Part shown: one piece after another, positions 25,182 to 37,116 of the stretch
Numbering within the stretch: the stretch's first letter is position 1
How the letters are laid out: every line of letters begins with the position of its first letter
The notes under the pieces: generated by a model
Databases searched by the model: none
Told to the model about the DNA's origin: nothing
Seen by the model: the letters and a program-made list of their open reading frames with translations, nothing else
Assembly: GCF_001194135.2 (NCBI RefSeq)
Contig: NC_068983.1
Location: forward strand, 36,252,027 to 36,316,026
Direction: 5' to 3'
From: Octopus bimaculoides
Lineage: Eukaryota
Length of the DNA stretch: 64,000 nt
Program-made: the position numbers and the translations under genes

Positions 25182-27308
25182 GACCCTGAAAGATGAGAGG
25201 CAAAGTCGACCTCGGCAGAATTTGAACTCAGGACATAATGACAGACGAAATACCGCTAAGCATTTCACCCGGAATGCTAACGTTTCTGCCAGCTCACCGC
25301 GTTTTCCTTCATTTCCTTCAGATATTACAAGATGGAATCACTGATATATATATATATATGACAGGCTTCATTCAGTTTCTTTCATCCTATCAAATCCACT
25401 CAGCCAGAGGCTACAAAAGACACTTGCCTAAGGTACCATGTAGAAGGACTGAACCTAGAATCATGTATCTGAGAAATAAAATAAACCTCTTAACCACACA
25501 TCCTCACCTATGCCTATGTCATACCTGTGTCTAAATGAAAAATGGTAACACTGAACAGAACAACATCAACATCAACAACACATATCATTCATTTATCACG
25601 TCAGTTTAGCATGGGTTTCTAGTAACTCCTCTCAGAATTTCAAAAAACTACAAAATATTTACAAATGCAATAAAGTATGCAGTTGCTTATTATATTGCAT
25701 AAATGCAAGTTGCAACCCACTGCACATTTGAAGACCACCTACAGATGAACTGATGAATGAGCTTACACGTCATAGCTCAACCTCTTAAAAATAGCAGCCA
25801 AATCACATACTGTGCTGTAATCAGGACTGATGTAAAGCTAAACAACAAAAACAACAACAACAACAACACCAACAACAACCGTAACAACCTGCAAAGTGAA
25901 ACGCCTACACCTTGATTTTAAATGTCAAGAGAATGGTTCAGAACAAAACCACAATGTTTTGATTCCTACAGCTGTTTAAGCATAAACGCCCACATAAATA
26001 AACACTATTTCACTCACCTGATTCTGATTGAGGGTTGGGGTAGGTACTGGGGGTTAGCAAAAAGCAACACACAAAAAAATAAAAAAATAAATGAGAGGTA
26101 AACAAAATGTGGAACCAAAATACTAAACCTGAGAGTTCCTCAAAACTCAGATTGTCTGATAGATTTCCCTATTCTTTTATTTGTTTCAGTCATTTGACTG
26201 CAGCCATGCTGGAGCACTGCTTTTAGTTGAACAAATCAACTATCTTTTGATAGTTGAGCAACTATCTTTTGATACGGACACAACACAGGCTACACTTTCA
26301 GGTTTATGGGATAAAGTTTACAGAAATAACCCAATAGGTTTATCATTAAATCCATGAAATATTATAGTAAGAGAATAGTAAGAGATTAATTGAGTAGCTT
26401 GAATATAAAAGGTTTCACTGTTTGCAAGATCCTAGTGTGATCCTGGTACTTATTGGATTAAAATACAATAGTTGGATCCACCATCAACATTAAATCACAA
26501 ACTCTTTCTCATTATAAGATTATTAGATTCATTACATTTTAATAAAGTATAGATATTCTTCATCTAACCAATATTAGCTGTGAAGTAAAAGTAAAAGATG
26601 ATAAGGTCAGAATAAAATATCAACACATATCCAGAGTTGTCTCCCATATTTTGTTATTTAAAGGTTAGTGGTTGCTTAATATTGTTTTTCTGGCAGAAAT
26701 GTTAATACACCAAGCAAAATGCTTAGCAGTATTTCGTCTGTCTTTACGNNNNNNNNNNTACACCAAGCAAAATGCTTAGCAGTATTTCGTCTGTCTTTAC
26801 GTTCTGAGTTCAAATTCTGCCGAGGTCGACTTTGCCTCTCATCCTTTCGGGGTCGATTAAATAAGTATCAGTTACGCACTGCGATCAGCGCAATCAACTT
26901 AATCCCTTTGTCTGTCCTTGTTTGTCCCCTCTGTGTTTAGTCCCCTGTGGGCAATAAAGAAATAAATATTGTTTTTCTTTAAGGCAGTGAGCTGGCAGAA
27001 ATGTTAGCATGGCGAGCAAAATGCTTAGCAATATTTCATCTGTCTTTACATTCTGAGTTCAAATTCCACCGAGGTCGACTTTGCCTTTCATCCTTTCGAG
27101 GTTGATAAATTAAGTACCAGTTGCATACTAGGGTTGATCTAATTGACTGGCCCCCGCCCCCAAAATTTCGGGCCTCGTGCCCGGAGTAGAAAAGAATATT
27201 GTTTTAACTTTTTTATTTTTCTTATTGCATATCTATAATTTCTAGTTAATGTGTTGACTCTACAACAGTTCTCCTGAATAGTTTTTTTTTTTTTTTTAAA
27301 TTTTGCAG

Positions 27309-27431
27309 CCAGTTCTACCTCTTGCAGTCATCAGTCCTGTTGCAGGATTATTAGCTTTTATGGTTTTCGGCATTACAATGTGTACTGCAGCTATACTTCA
27401 CTACCATGAATCACCAGCCTGTTTACAAGTG
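27309..27431 (+). CDS. Four-pass membrane protein exon 4 (PVLPLAVISPVAGLLAFMVFGITMCTAAILHYHESPACLQV)
   Basis: Poly-T tract then tttgcAG, donor GTG|GTGAGT, 123 nt, phase 0-0, long hydrophobic helix. Confidence 0.75.
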
Positions 27432-27723
27432 GTGAGTTATCACTGTTTTACCTTTATTTCAGTTATTATTTAACTTTTCATAAAGCTTCTTATATTTTGT
27501 ATTGAGTCAATGAGGGAGCCTCTATACAGTAACTTCAGTACCATAGCCAGGTTCTAAAGTCAGTGGGAATGAGCACATAAAAAAAGGACACTGGGACACA
27601 TACCAAGCATTTAAAACTCATGTTGCTGATATTATTTGAAATATTTCAATAGTTATAATATACATAATTGCATTCTGCATTTGTTAATTTGATGTTTAAA
27701 TGTCATTATGCATGAAACTTACA

Positions 27724-28107
27724 GTGGAGGCGCAATGGCCCAGTGGTTAGGGCAGCAGACTCGCGGTCATAGGATCGCGGTTTCGATTCCCAGACCGGGG
27801 GTTGTGAGTGTTTATTGAGCGAAAACACCTAAAGCTCCATGAGGCTCCGATAGGATGGTGGCGAACCCTGCTGTACTCTTTCACCACAACTTTCTCTCAC
27901 TCTTACTTCCTGTTTCTGTTGTGCCTGTAATTCAAAGGGTCAGCCTTATCACACTGTGTCACGCTGAATATCCCCGAGAACTACGTTAAGGGTACACGTG
28001 TCTGTGGAGTGCTCAGCCACTTGCATGTTAATTTCACGAGCAGGCTGTTCTGTTGATCGGATCAGCTGGAACCCTCGACGTTGTAAGCGACGGAGTGCCA
28101 ACGAACA
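27724..28107 (+). mobile_element. Full-length tRNA(Arg)-like-headed SINE (OR-type, family name tentative) in intron 4
   Basis: A box TGGCCCAGTGG, B box GTTTCGATTCC, TSD atgaaacttaca (27712-27723, 28108-28119). Other copies at 35995-36379(-), about 42460-42750(-) and 47125-47440(-). Confidence 0.85.
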
Positions 28108-28559
28108 ATGAAACTTACAACTACTGATATTGGTGTGACATGAAAAAGATGAAGCTCCATGGAATTGGCCAGCATCAAGAGGTTATGATGTCAGGGTTGC
28201 TTTGGTTGTTCAGATGTCAGTGGCCACCAACGTGTCACAGGAGATTGAGCAGAAAGCTTAAAAACATGGGAAGTTGGTCAAATAAAGAAATGACAACAGA
28301 AAGTTCTTCAAAGGCCATGCAATTAACAAAAAAAAAAGAAGATATTTAACTTTTATTATGCAAGTAAACTAAAGATTTTAAAAAGATTATTGTAAAGGTG
28401 CTAATTCTAAAAAGTGTACTTAGTGATGGTGATAGTGGTGGTGGTGGTGGTAGTGGTGGTGGGGTAATTTGCTCCCCTTGCTCCTGTATTAGTTATTCCA
28501 CTAAGTTACTCATCCTGGTAGAAATAGCATCTAAATCTCTCTTAAAGTAGAAGATTGGT

Positions 28560-29097
28560 ATTTTGCCATTCAAACTGGTTGTATCCAGCCAAAAAAATTC
28601 TACCTGTTTTATATTCAAACTGGTCAGATCCTGCCACTCACACCTACCCTACAATATCATTCTGAAAATTCGTAATCATATCATCAAAATCTTGAAGCTA
28701 TGGGAATAATGCATATTTATTCAAAACAATATGAATAAATCTATCAATCTGGTCAGAAGACTTGTCCAGACCAATACAATTCTTCCATGTTGGATGTCCC
28801 AGTCTTCCATAGCAATCTTCATATCCTCATATTGGTTTCAAATTTCAGCCCAAAGCCAGCAATTTTGGGGTGTGGGGCAAGTTGATTACTTTGACCCCAG
28901 TGTTCAACTTGTACTTATTTTATCAATCCTGAAAAGATGAAAAGCAAAGTTGGCCTTGGTGGAGTTTGAACTAAGAACATAAAGACAGATAAAATGTTGC
29001 TAAGCGTTTCACCTGGTGTGCCTACGATTCTGCCAGCTTGCTGCCACATCATATCCTCCTCATATTTCATAAAGTAATTTGAATGCTAAAGGGTTAA
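28560..29097 (+). mobile_element. piggyBac-type MITE (ends GGGTTAA) interrupted by a SINE
   Basis: Right end gaatgctaaaGGGTTAA at about 29081-29097; left end decayed; Nin/Deu-core SINE inserted at about 28830-29045. Confidence 0.4.
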
Positions 29098-29121
29098 AAC
29101 AGATGAACACATTTGATAACA

Positions 29122-29202
29122 TATAACATGTCTTGGAAGAACATGTCCAACATATAACATGTCCAACATATAACATGTCCAACATATAACATGTCTTGGA
29201 AG
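29122..29202 (+). repeat. 16-bp tandem repeat bracketed by catgtcttggaaga
   Basis: catgtccaacatataa x3. Confidence 0.85.
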
Positions 29203-30766
29203 AAAGTTGGAGAGCTCTTAGCTGGGACATCTTTGATTGAATATCTACTTGATCAGGTTAATCTAAGGTTAAACATTCCCCCCATAGACCCGCACAATGA
29301 CATGCAGCTCATTGCTTGGATTCACACTCCTAATTCATTATACAATGATAAAATGGATAGATAAAACTGGTAGCTTTATATAAGAGTGACGGTGATATTT
29401 GAAACAGTTGAATGAAAATACTGTAGGGAACTTATATTTCCAAGCCTAATCACATGATCATCCTTTGCTACACTTGACAGAGATTAAAGTCAGAGCCTTG
29501 GATTATTTGCAACTGCCATTAGATATGTTCACTCAATCATGTCACCCTTAACTTACAGTGCAAAAAATATTGTCACGTGATGTTAATGCACCAACTGACA
29601 TATTGGGGAGCTTCCAAAAATTTCTAAGCCTAAATTGTGTGATCATCCTCTGCCAATCAAATTGTATTCTAAAGAGATACTAATTTGAGCCATGTTCTTT
29701 CCATGAAACAAGAGAATTTTTGAACTCTAATCAAAAGCAAGACAGTTGCAGCATAGTCCCATATCTTTTTATCTCACTTTTGAAAATCAGAAAAATCTGT
29801 AAAACTGGTTAAACCTATAAAAATACACCATCAGTATAAGCTTGGTGAGAATGGGACTTCGTTTCCATTCAGTATAGCATGAAGATGAAGTTTCATCTTC
29901 AATCAATATTGTTTGTGAAGAGATGGTAATTCATCTGCCATTGGTGAAAGATAGAGAGAGAGAGATTAAGCTTCATCTATCAGAATGGCTTGGTTGACAT
30001 GATGCTTTATTTTCCATCAATATGGTTTGAAAAGATACATAGTGAAACTCCTCTCTCTTCAGAGAGAGAGTTTTCACCTCCTAATAATATAGTTTGGAGA
30101 GAGATGGGGCTTCAGTGAAGTAACTTGCTTAGATACAGTGATGACATCAAGTTATGTTTGTATGTCATATTGGACAGCAGATTTCATCAGATTAGCTGTG
30201 TTTCATAAAGTAACATATGTTCGAAACTTTCAGGATTTCATTTCAGTCTAAGAAATCATTATTTAGAAGGACAAAGGCAGCAATATCTTTGGTAGAAATG
30301 GTAGGGCATCAGACTAAATGAGTTACAAAGTGAAGTAGTAGAATCGAAGAATCTAGTGAGGGTTAAGATTAGCAAATAGTAAATATAAACAGCTCAGAGC
30401 TGAATAGGTTAGTTTGCAGAGTGGAATAGAAGTGGCCCTAGTTGTAGGAAGAGCCCTTATATTTGATAAAGGATCCTGCCTGAAATGACCATTCCAATTT
30501 GTTATGGCATTTTCAGAATTAAATACCTTACAGTTAGTTCTACCGGGTATGATCTTACCTTTGTGTCTTCTGAGCTTAGCAAAATATGTATTAACAATAT
30601 GCCAAATTTGATTAAATTAATAATAAATCTCTAAAAATTCAATATTGTTTTCATTCAAAAATCAATATTAAAAAAAAAAAAAACATAAATATTTGTAAAT
30701 CATTCTCTCTTTATTTTAACATCCTTAAATATTTTTATGACATGAATTTTTTTCATCTTTTCCCAG

Positions 30767-30918
30767 CATACTATATCTTACAACCCAGAAGCATGTGACC
30801 AGCCATTGATCGTCTGTACATCAGATATTGAAGATTCACAAGATTTTTTGCCATCTGACATTGCTTTTGATCAATCATTTGCAAGAAGACCCACAGATTT
30901 TGATGTTCCTTTACGAAG
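30767..30918 (+). CDS. Four-pass membrane protein exon 5, acidic tail (HTISYNPEACDQPLIVCTSDIEDSQDFLPSDIAFDQSFARRPTDFDVPLR)
   Basis: tttttcatcttttcccAG acceptor, open in phase 0 for 50 codons. Weak donor AAG|GTATCA; read-through instead gives RYQKIR* with TAG at 30935-30937. Confidence 0.68.
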
Positions 30919-31996
30919 GTATCAAAAGATAAGATAGTTTTGTACTTAAAATGTAAAGAACAATTATGGAAGTGAACTGCTTTTGTTCAGTGGCGCAATG
31001 ATGAATTCAACAAAATCTACACAGCTGTCAATGTTGATAGGTTATCAACTCAACAACAAACAAACATTGACTGTGGTTTTTATTCTTAGACATCTGAGTC
31101 ATTTATGCTGTTTAAGGGGAAAAGCCATGTATTTGTGTGACTGTTTGGTATACACAGATTTATCACATACACTGCTAATGTCCTTGGGAAAGGCATTAAC
31201 ATCACAGATATCCACATCACACTTTCCCTGAAATTTAAGGTCTTTGTGCTGAGTGAAAAAAGGTATGTAAATTTGTTTGTCACCAACAAACAAAACAAAT
31301 ACCTTGATTTTTCTTAATGAAGGTTTTCATAACTATGCATTTTGCAATTCTATTTGCCACTAAAGTTTCGAATTTTAAAAAAGAAGTATTTTGGTTAAAA
31401 CTGGTGGCAAAGAAATGGAAAGAAGAAATGAATATAGTCTTTATTGTAAAATGAAGAATTGTTAAAATTCATACATTCTTCACGGAATATTTATTTCATT
31501 AGTATCACAAGAGATCACCTTATTTTAATTTCTACTGAATTGAAATGCCAAGAGACAAAATGATTCCATAAAGTAAAAAATAATTAGAGAAATATGAACT
31601 CTCAGGTGTTTTGTGCTTAAAAGTGAACTATTTCTAGTGACTGAGTAAGGGCAGGGTTTATGCTTATATTTTCTAAAATAATTTTCAACTTTTTGTTAAA
31701 TCTTTTGTTTTCCTTTCTCTTTAGTAACTGGCTGTCATTTTGTACAGTGACGATGGTTGTGGTGTAGAACATTATAGTAGACACTTAAAGCTACCTCACT
31801 TGTTAGTCTTTCACCATTTTCAGATTGATAAAATAAGTAATACAGTAATAATACCAGTAATATGCTAAGAATTATTTCAACTGACAATTCATTTTCCCTG
31901 TAAAGGACTGGCATTAAGCACAATCAAAATAAATTATGTAATCTTCAACCTTTAATAAAACGTGCTGCATCTTTTCTCTGTATCTTCTGCAACTAG

Positions 31997-32114
31997 AGAT
32001 TCAGATCTATCAAATGTACCAAACACACTCAAATTAGATGTTTTGCAAACCTTACACTTCTCTATGCAATACTATGAGTTAATATGGCTATGCATTTTGG
32101 CACAGCTGTTTTAG
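31997..32114 (+). CDS. Possible terminal exon of the membrane-protein gene (DSDLSNVPNTLKLDVLQTLHFSMQYYELIWLCILAQLF*)
   Basis: Pyrimidine tract cttttctctgtatcttctgcaactAG; open in the phase 2 frame required by the 30918 donor. No homology support. Confidence 0.35.
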
Positions 32115-32679
32115 CCCTGCTGATTTGGCATCACTGATTCAATGCTGCCTTATTTGATATTAGACGCTTTGTCTTCAGGACCTTTCGGCACTGAGAAAAT
32201 TCTGTCTTTATTTTAGTTCATAGCAAACATGTAATCATGACTACTATTCTACTTTCTGCTTCACTTTATGTATGTGATGGCTGACGAAATATTGACAAAG
32301 TGTGGAAAAGAAAAAATTTCTCACAAAGGGTTTCCATGCATCTTTGACAAAGAAAAAATGGCAATGAATTAAAATTTTGGTGTTGTGAGCAGGAAAATTG
32401 GGGAAAGAGAACCATTAAGATGTATTAAATGACTCCAGTTGGTTCAAACACATCTATCTCTCACTCAGTTTGATTATGTATGTGTCTTTTCTTCATGCCT
32501 ATTTGAAGTGGAGGACATGTTTATAGTAATTGGGGATCATTTAATATATTTTAATGTTTCTCACATTTTCTCTCTTTCTCACTCTGACTCTGTTTATGTG
32601 TTTTTTCTTCTTCATGCCTATGTGAAAAGGGGGACATACTTATAGTAATTGGAAGTCAGTCGATACATTTTAATGTTTC

Positions 32680-32711
<32 letters not shown>

Positions 32712-32824
32712 TCTCTGATTATGTGTTTGCATTAGCATATTTCTCTATGTGTATGAGGAGAGGGAAGTGTTTATGTCATCTCTCATTCATTCTATCAGTA
32801 ATGTGTATATTTCTACATGTGTGT

Positions 32825-32864
<40 letters not shown>

Positions 32865-33145
32865 CTAGTGCCAAAAAAACAAAAAAAAAGGCCATTACCA
32901 ACACAGTTCCTATATCCAGTCAGCCATGCCAAATTGTCAGCATCCAAACAGCCAAGCCCAATCATCTCATCCTGTAATATCATTTGTGAGTCAATATGAC
33001 AGTCTCCATGTTGCTACTCAACTAGTTCTTTTTCATAACATTTATATTTTCATTCAATAACAGTCTTTGCAAAGGTTCCCTTAAGCAATGGCAGATTAGC
33101 TTTACTCATTCAGTTATAGGAAATTCAGTAAAAGTATTTGTTTAA

Positions 33146-33531
33146 AATTTGTTGTATCTTGGGAGGATCGTAACAAACACATGCACTGGTTCTATTTCAC
33201 TTCTTTATTTTTTATTAGTCATTTGGTTAACCAATTAACTAACCAGTTGTTTGATTAATCATTTGGTCTGTCAGTCAATCAGCTAGGTTTTCCAAAGTTC
33301 TTTTGTTAGACTTGGAGTAGAGCGAGCATTGATGAGATTGCAAATGGTGACAAAAGGTTTTTGATAAACCTGGCTGGTTGATTGACTGAATGAATGTTTA
33401 ACCAAGCAATCAGTTAATTAATTGGTTAAATGGTTAACCAATTGACCAAATAAAAATAAAAACAAAAGCAGAATAGAACCAGTGCATGTGTTTGTTATTT
33501 ACATAATGACTCTTCTGAGATACAAAAAATT
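33146..33531. repeat. Long imperfect inverted repeat (foldback/MITE-like)
   Basis: taacaaacacatgcactggttctatt (33171-33196) is the perfect reverse complement of 33472-33497; the inner and outer arms also pair. Confidence 0.85.
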
Positions 33532-33709
33532 CCAACAGGAGTCAACATCAAGACTCTTGCAAACCAAATACACAAACAAGGATTCTTCATAATAACTACA
33601 ATGGATGCTTCAATATTTGGTTACTGTTTGGAATACAATGCTTTACAAGATGAACACTTAAAAATATACACAGCCTACACTGCAAACTTGGTGCTGCTTT
33701 TTTTTCTCA

Positions 33710-33739
33710 AATAAAATAAATGTACATTCAGTAAATAAA
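33710..33739 (+). promoter_or_regulatory. Clustered AATAAA polyadenylation signals, candidate 3' end of plus-strand gene
   Basis: AATAAA at 33710, 33715 and 33734, followed by T/GT-rich sequence. The sequence is AT-rich, so chance occurrence is possible. Confidence 0.35.
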
Positions 33740-33861
33740 TGCAGTCTTAAAAAAATTTTTTGTGTGAAATGTAACAAAAATGTTATTATAATTTCTTTTT
33801 TAAATCGAAAAATTATTATTTCTAAATCTCTGAATGAGAAACATTCAGTAACAATACTCTA

Positions 33862-34057
33862 GAGTAAAGATTATTTGCCAACATAATGTGGCAGTCCTGG
33901 TTAGGACGACTGTTACTGTTATTTAGCCCCAGGAAACATCGTCTCCAGCTGGCTCCAGCTGACAGTGCGTTGATAGCCAGGTGGAGATGTTGTTTCTTGG
34001 GGCTAAATAACATTAACATTTGTCTTAATCCATTATGTTGGCAAATAATCTTTACTC
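33862..34057. repeat. Foldback element
   Basis: Perfect 27-bp arms 33862-33888 / 34031-34057, plus inner arms tgttatttagcccc...aaac / gttt...ggggctaaataaca. Confidence 0.85.
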
Positions 34058-34496
34058 AATTTCTTCTTTACTGATTCAATACTGTATTGTCCTTCCCTTC
34101 CCATCAGCAATTCTCTGGGTCATGCCAAATGGGAGTAGAAGAGATCTAAACATTAGAAATTCCATTCCTTTTCTGACTGATTTATGGATCATTTTTGCCA
34201 GCTGAATGAACTGGAGCAACATGAGATAAAGTGTCTTGCTCAAGGGCACAATGCGCCTTTGGGAATCAAACACACAACCTTACAACTGTGAGCTGAATAG
34301 CCTAACCATTGATACAAAGTTAAATACAGAGATGAGTCCAATAGCCAACAAGTATCATGAGGGAAAATTGGAAAAACTTTGGTGAGAGATTTCAAGCAAC
34401 CATGAAACTGTCCAAGGGTAAAAGGGTAGGTATGAGTATATGATATTATTTACATTATTTACATTTGACAGATGTTTGTCCTCATCTTGTTTGTTG

Positions 34497-34547
34497 TTAA
34501 CACAATGTTTCAGCTGATATACTCTCCAGCCTTCATCAGGTGTCCTA
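34497..34547 (-). ncRNA. Degenerate minimal hammerhead motif, same family as 6692-6736
   Basis: Reverse strand ggacac-CTGATGA-a-ggctg[gagagtatat]cagct-GAAAC-ATT-gtgtt; the triplet is AUU rather than GUH. Confidence 0.5.
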
Positions 34548-35357
34548 GGGAAATTTTGAACCTGGGTTCTCATTCCTAAGGTATTTTTTGATGTTGTTGT
34601 TGTTACTATTATTATTATTATTATTATTATTATTCCAGAGTGGTTGGCGTTAGGAAGGGCATCCAGCTGTAGAAACTCTGCCAAATAAGATTGGAGCCTG
34701 GTGTAGCCATCTGGTTCACCAGTCCTCAGTCAAATCGTCCAACCCATGCCAGCATGGAAAGCGGACGTTAAACGATGATGATGATGATGATGATGATGAT
34801 TCCATCAAATGTAAATAATGTAAATAATGTACATAATTCCTCATGTCTCAAATATAGAACTGTATGAGTACATGATGTTTGTTGGAGGACAAAAGGGTGA
34901 AAAAAAAAAGGCGCTAAATGATCCTTTTGGGAAAAATCTGTGAGAGAAGACTGAGCAAGACACAGGAATAAGTGGTGAAGGTTAATCTTAAGATGCTAAA
35001 CTTCACAAAGAGCCAGAACAAAGGACCAGAACCAAATGGTAAGACATTGTGCTAGAGAAGACATAACCGATCCATGAAAGCATAGAAAACAAACATAAAA
35101 TGATGATGAGGAGGAGAAGGATGATTATTGTTTTACCATCCACTCTTCCATGCTTGCATGGATGAGATGGAATTTATTGAGGCAGATTTCTATGGCTGGA
35201 TGCCCTTCCTGTCACCAATCATTACCTGCTTCCAAGCAGGGTAACATTTCTCCTTGGCCAGATATGTTTCCATAGAAGATTGGAAACGAAGGATAATACT
35301 CATAAGATTGTGACATTTGCTTGCAACTATCATTCAATGTCAAGATGAGGGGACACC

Positions 35358-35397
<40 letters not shown>

Positions 35398-35994
35398 ATG
35401 GGCTTCTTTCATTTTCCATTTACTAAATCTCCTCACAAGGTTGGTTGACCCAGGGCTATATCAAAAGGGATTTGCCCAAAGATGTCATGCAGTAGGACTG
35501 AACTTGTGACTCACGAGATGACTAAAGCCTTGTGAATAGAAATTGGAAGGAAAATAAGCTCCTCAGCCACACTGCTATGCCTGATCATACATATATATCT
35601 TTAAAACATATACTGTCAGATTATGGAATGAAAGATAAGTAATCATCCAATGCAAATTTTTTGTAGTATGGCATGAGTCAGTGGTGAATTAAGAACTTTC
35701 AAACAATTCAATTACTTTGATACTTGTGCTTTCCGACCAAGAACTTGGAATATTTTACCACCCATTTCTATCCCACACGAGGTTTTAAATATATATATTT
35801 CAGTACAGCAAATTCTTTGTAAATATTCCTTCTGTGTTGTTTGTATTAGCATGTTCTTAATAGTTGTCAATTGTCAAATTAACACCAATATGCAAATTAA
35901 CTCACCATGTTTAAATTAAGATACATTCTTGTCATAGTTTTAAACTGTTCCTTCTTGATAAAACAGTGTCAAGGTGAAACCTACAACAATCAAT

Positions 35995-36379
35995 TGTTGT
36001 TGGCACTCCATCGCTTACGACGTCGAGGGTTCCAGTTGATCCAATCAACAGAACAGCCTGCTCGTGAAATTAATGTGCAAGTGGCTGAGCACTCCACAGA
36101 CACGTGTACTCTTAACGTAGTTCTCGGGGATATTCAGCGTGACACAGTGTGACAAGGCTGACCCTTTGAATTACAGGCACAACAAAAACAGGAAGTAAGA
36201 GTGAGAGAAAGTTGTGGTGGAAGAGTACAGCAGGGTTCGCCACCATCCCCTGCCGGAGCCTCGTGCACCTTTAGGTGTTTTCGCTCAATAAACACTCACA
36301 ACGCCCGGTCTGGGAATCGAAACCGCGATCCTATGACCACGAGTCCGCTGCCCTAACCACTGGGCCATTGCGCCTCCAC
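35995..36379 (-). mobile_element. Full-length copy of the same tRNA-headed SINE
   Basis: Near-identical reverse complement of 27724-28107. Confidence 0.85.
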
Positions 36380-36565
36380 ACAACANNNNNNNNNNNNNNN
36401 NNNNNNNNNNNNNNNNNNNNNNNNNNNNNNNNNNNNNNNNNNNNNNNNNNNNNNNNNNNNNNNNNNNNNNNNNNNNNNNNNNNNNNNNNNNNNNNNNNNN
36501 NNNNNNNNNNNNNNNNNNNNNNNNNNNNNNNNNNNNNNNNNNNNNNNNNNNNNNNNNNNNNNNNN

Positions 36566-36858
36566 CCGGATCTGTCCCACATGTGACAGCAGGTGTTTGA
36601 CAAACTTACAGGTCAGCAATACTTGGGCACTGGACTAGGGCGTGCAGAATGGTTTCATCGTTCAGGGCACACCTCAAGCCGGCCTGCCTGATGGCACTTT
36701 CATACCTGTAAAGTTTATCCCAAACAGGTAGCCAGAGCCATGTGGCGCTTTAAATGTTTTCACTCAATAAACACTCACAACGCCCGGTCTGGGAATCGAA
36801 ACCGCGATCCTATGACCACGAGTCCGCTGCCCTAACCACTGGGCCATTGCGCCTCCAC
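36566..36858 (-). mobile_element. Same tRNA head joined to a Tx1/L1-derived tail
   Basis: 36745-36858 matches the head of 35995-36379; 36566-36700 reads LRCALNDETILHALVQCPSIADL, the C-terminal zinc-knuckle of L1/Tx1 ORF2. Confidence 0.6.
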
Positions 36859-37079
36859 ACAACAATCAATACACCATATTGAATCTGAAGTTTCTAAATA
36901 ATCACCTAATTTCACTGTATTTCCTGTGGGAAATGTATGTTCTTGTCTACATGATGCTGTTCTTTAGTCCCACATCAGCTGGATCTAGTAAAGCAGAAAT
37001 ACATATAACTAAAGTCATTCCAGCCATGACTATTCCATCTTTATTGTTAGACATGGTGTAATAGTGTCTCTAGAAGTTT

Positions 37080-37116
<37 letters not shown>

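Noticed and set aside
24882-25268. ORFs spanning N runs (also 36275-36619, 26719-26940)
   Set aside because: Open only because of assembly gaps.
25751-25790. CTGATGA followed by a stem (also CTGATGA at about 19064 and 48935)
   Set aside because: No GAAA-stem III-NUH downstream, so not hammerheads.
27724-27800. tRNA gene
   Set aside because: A/B boxes are present, but it continues into a long SINE body with target duplication and has no proper acceptor stem or terminator.
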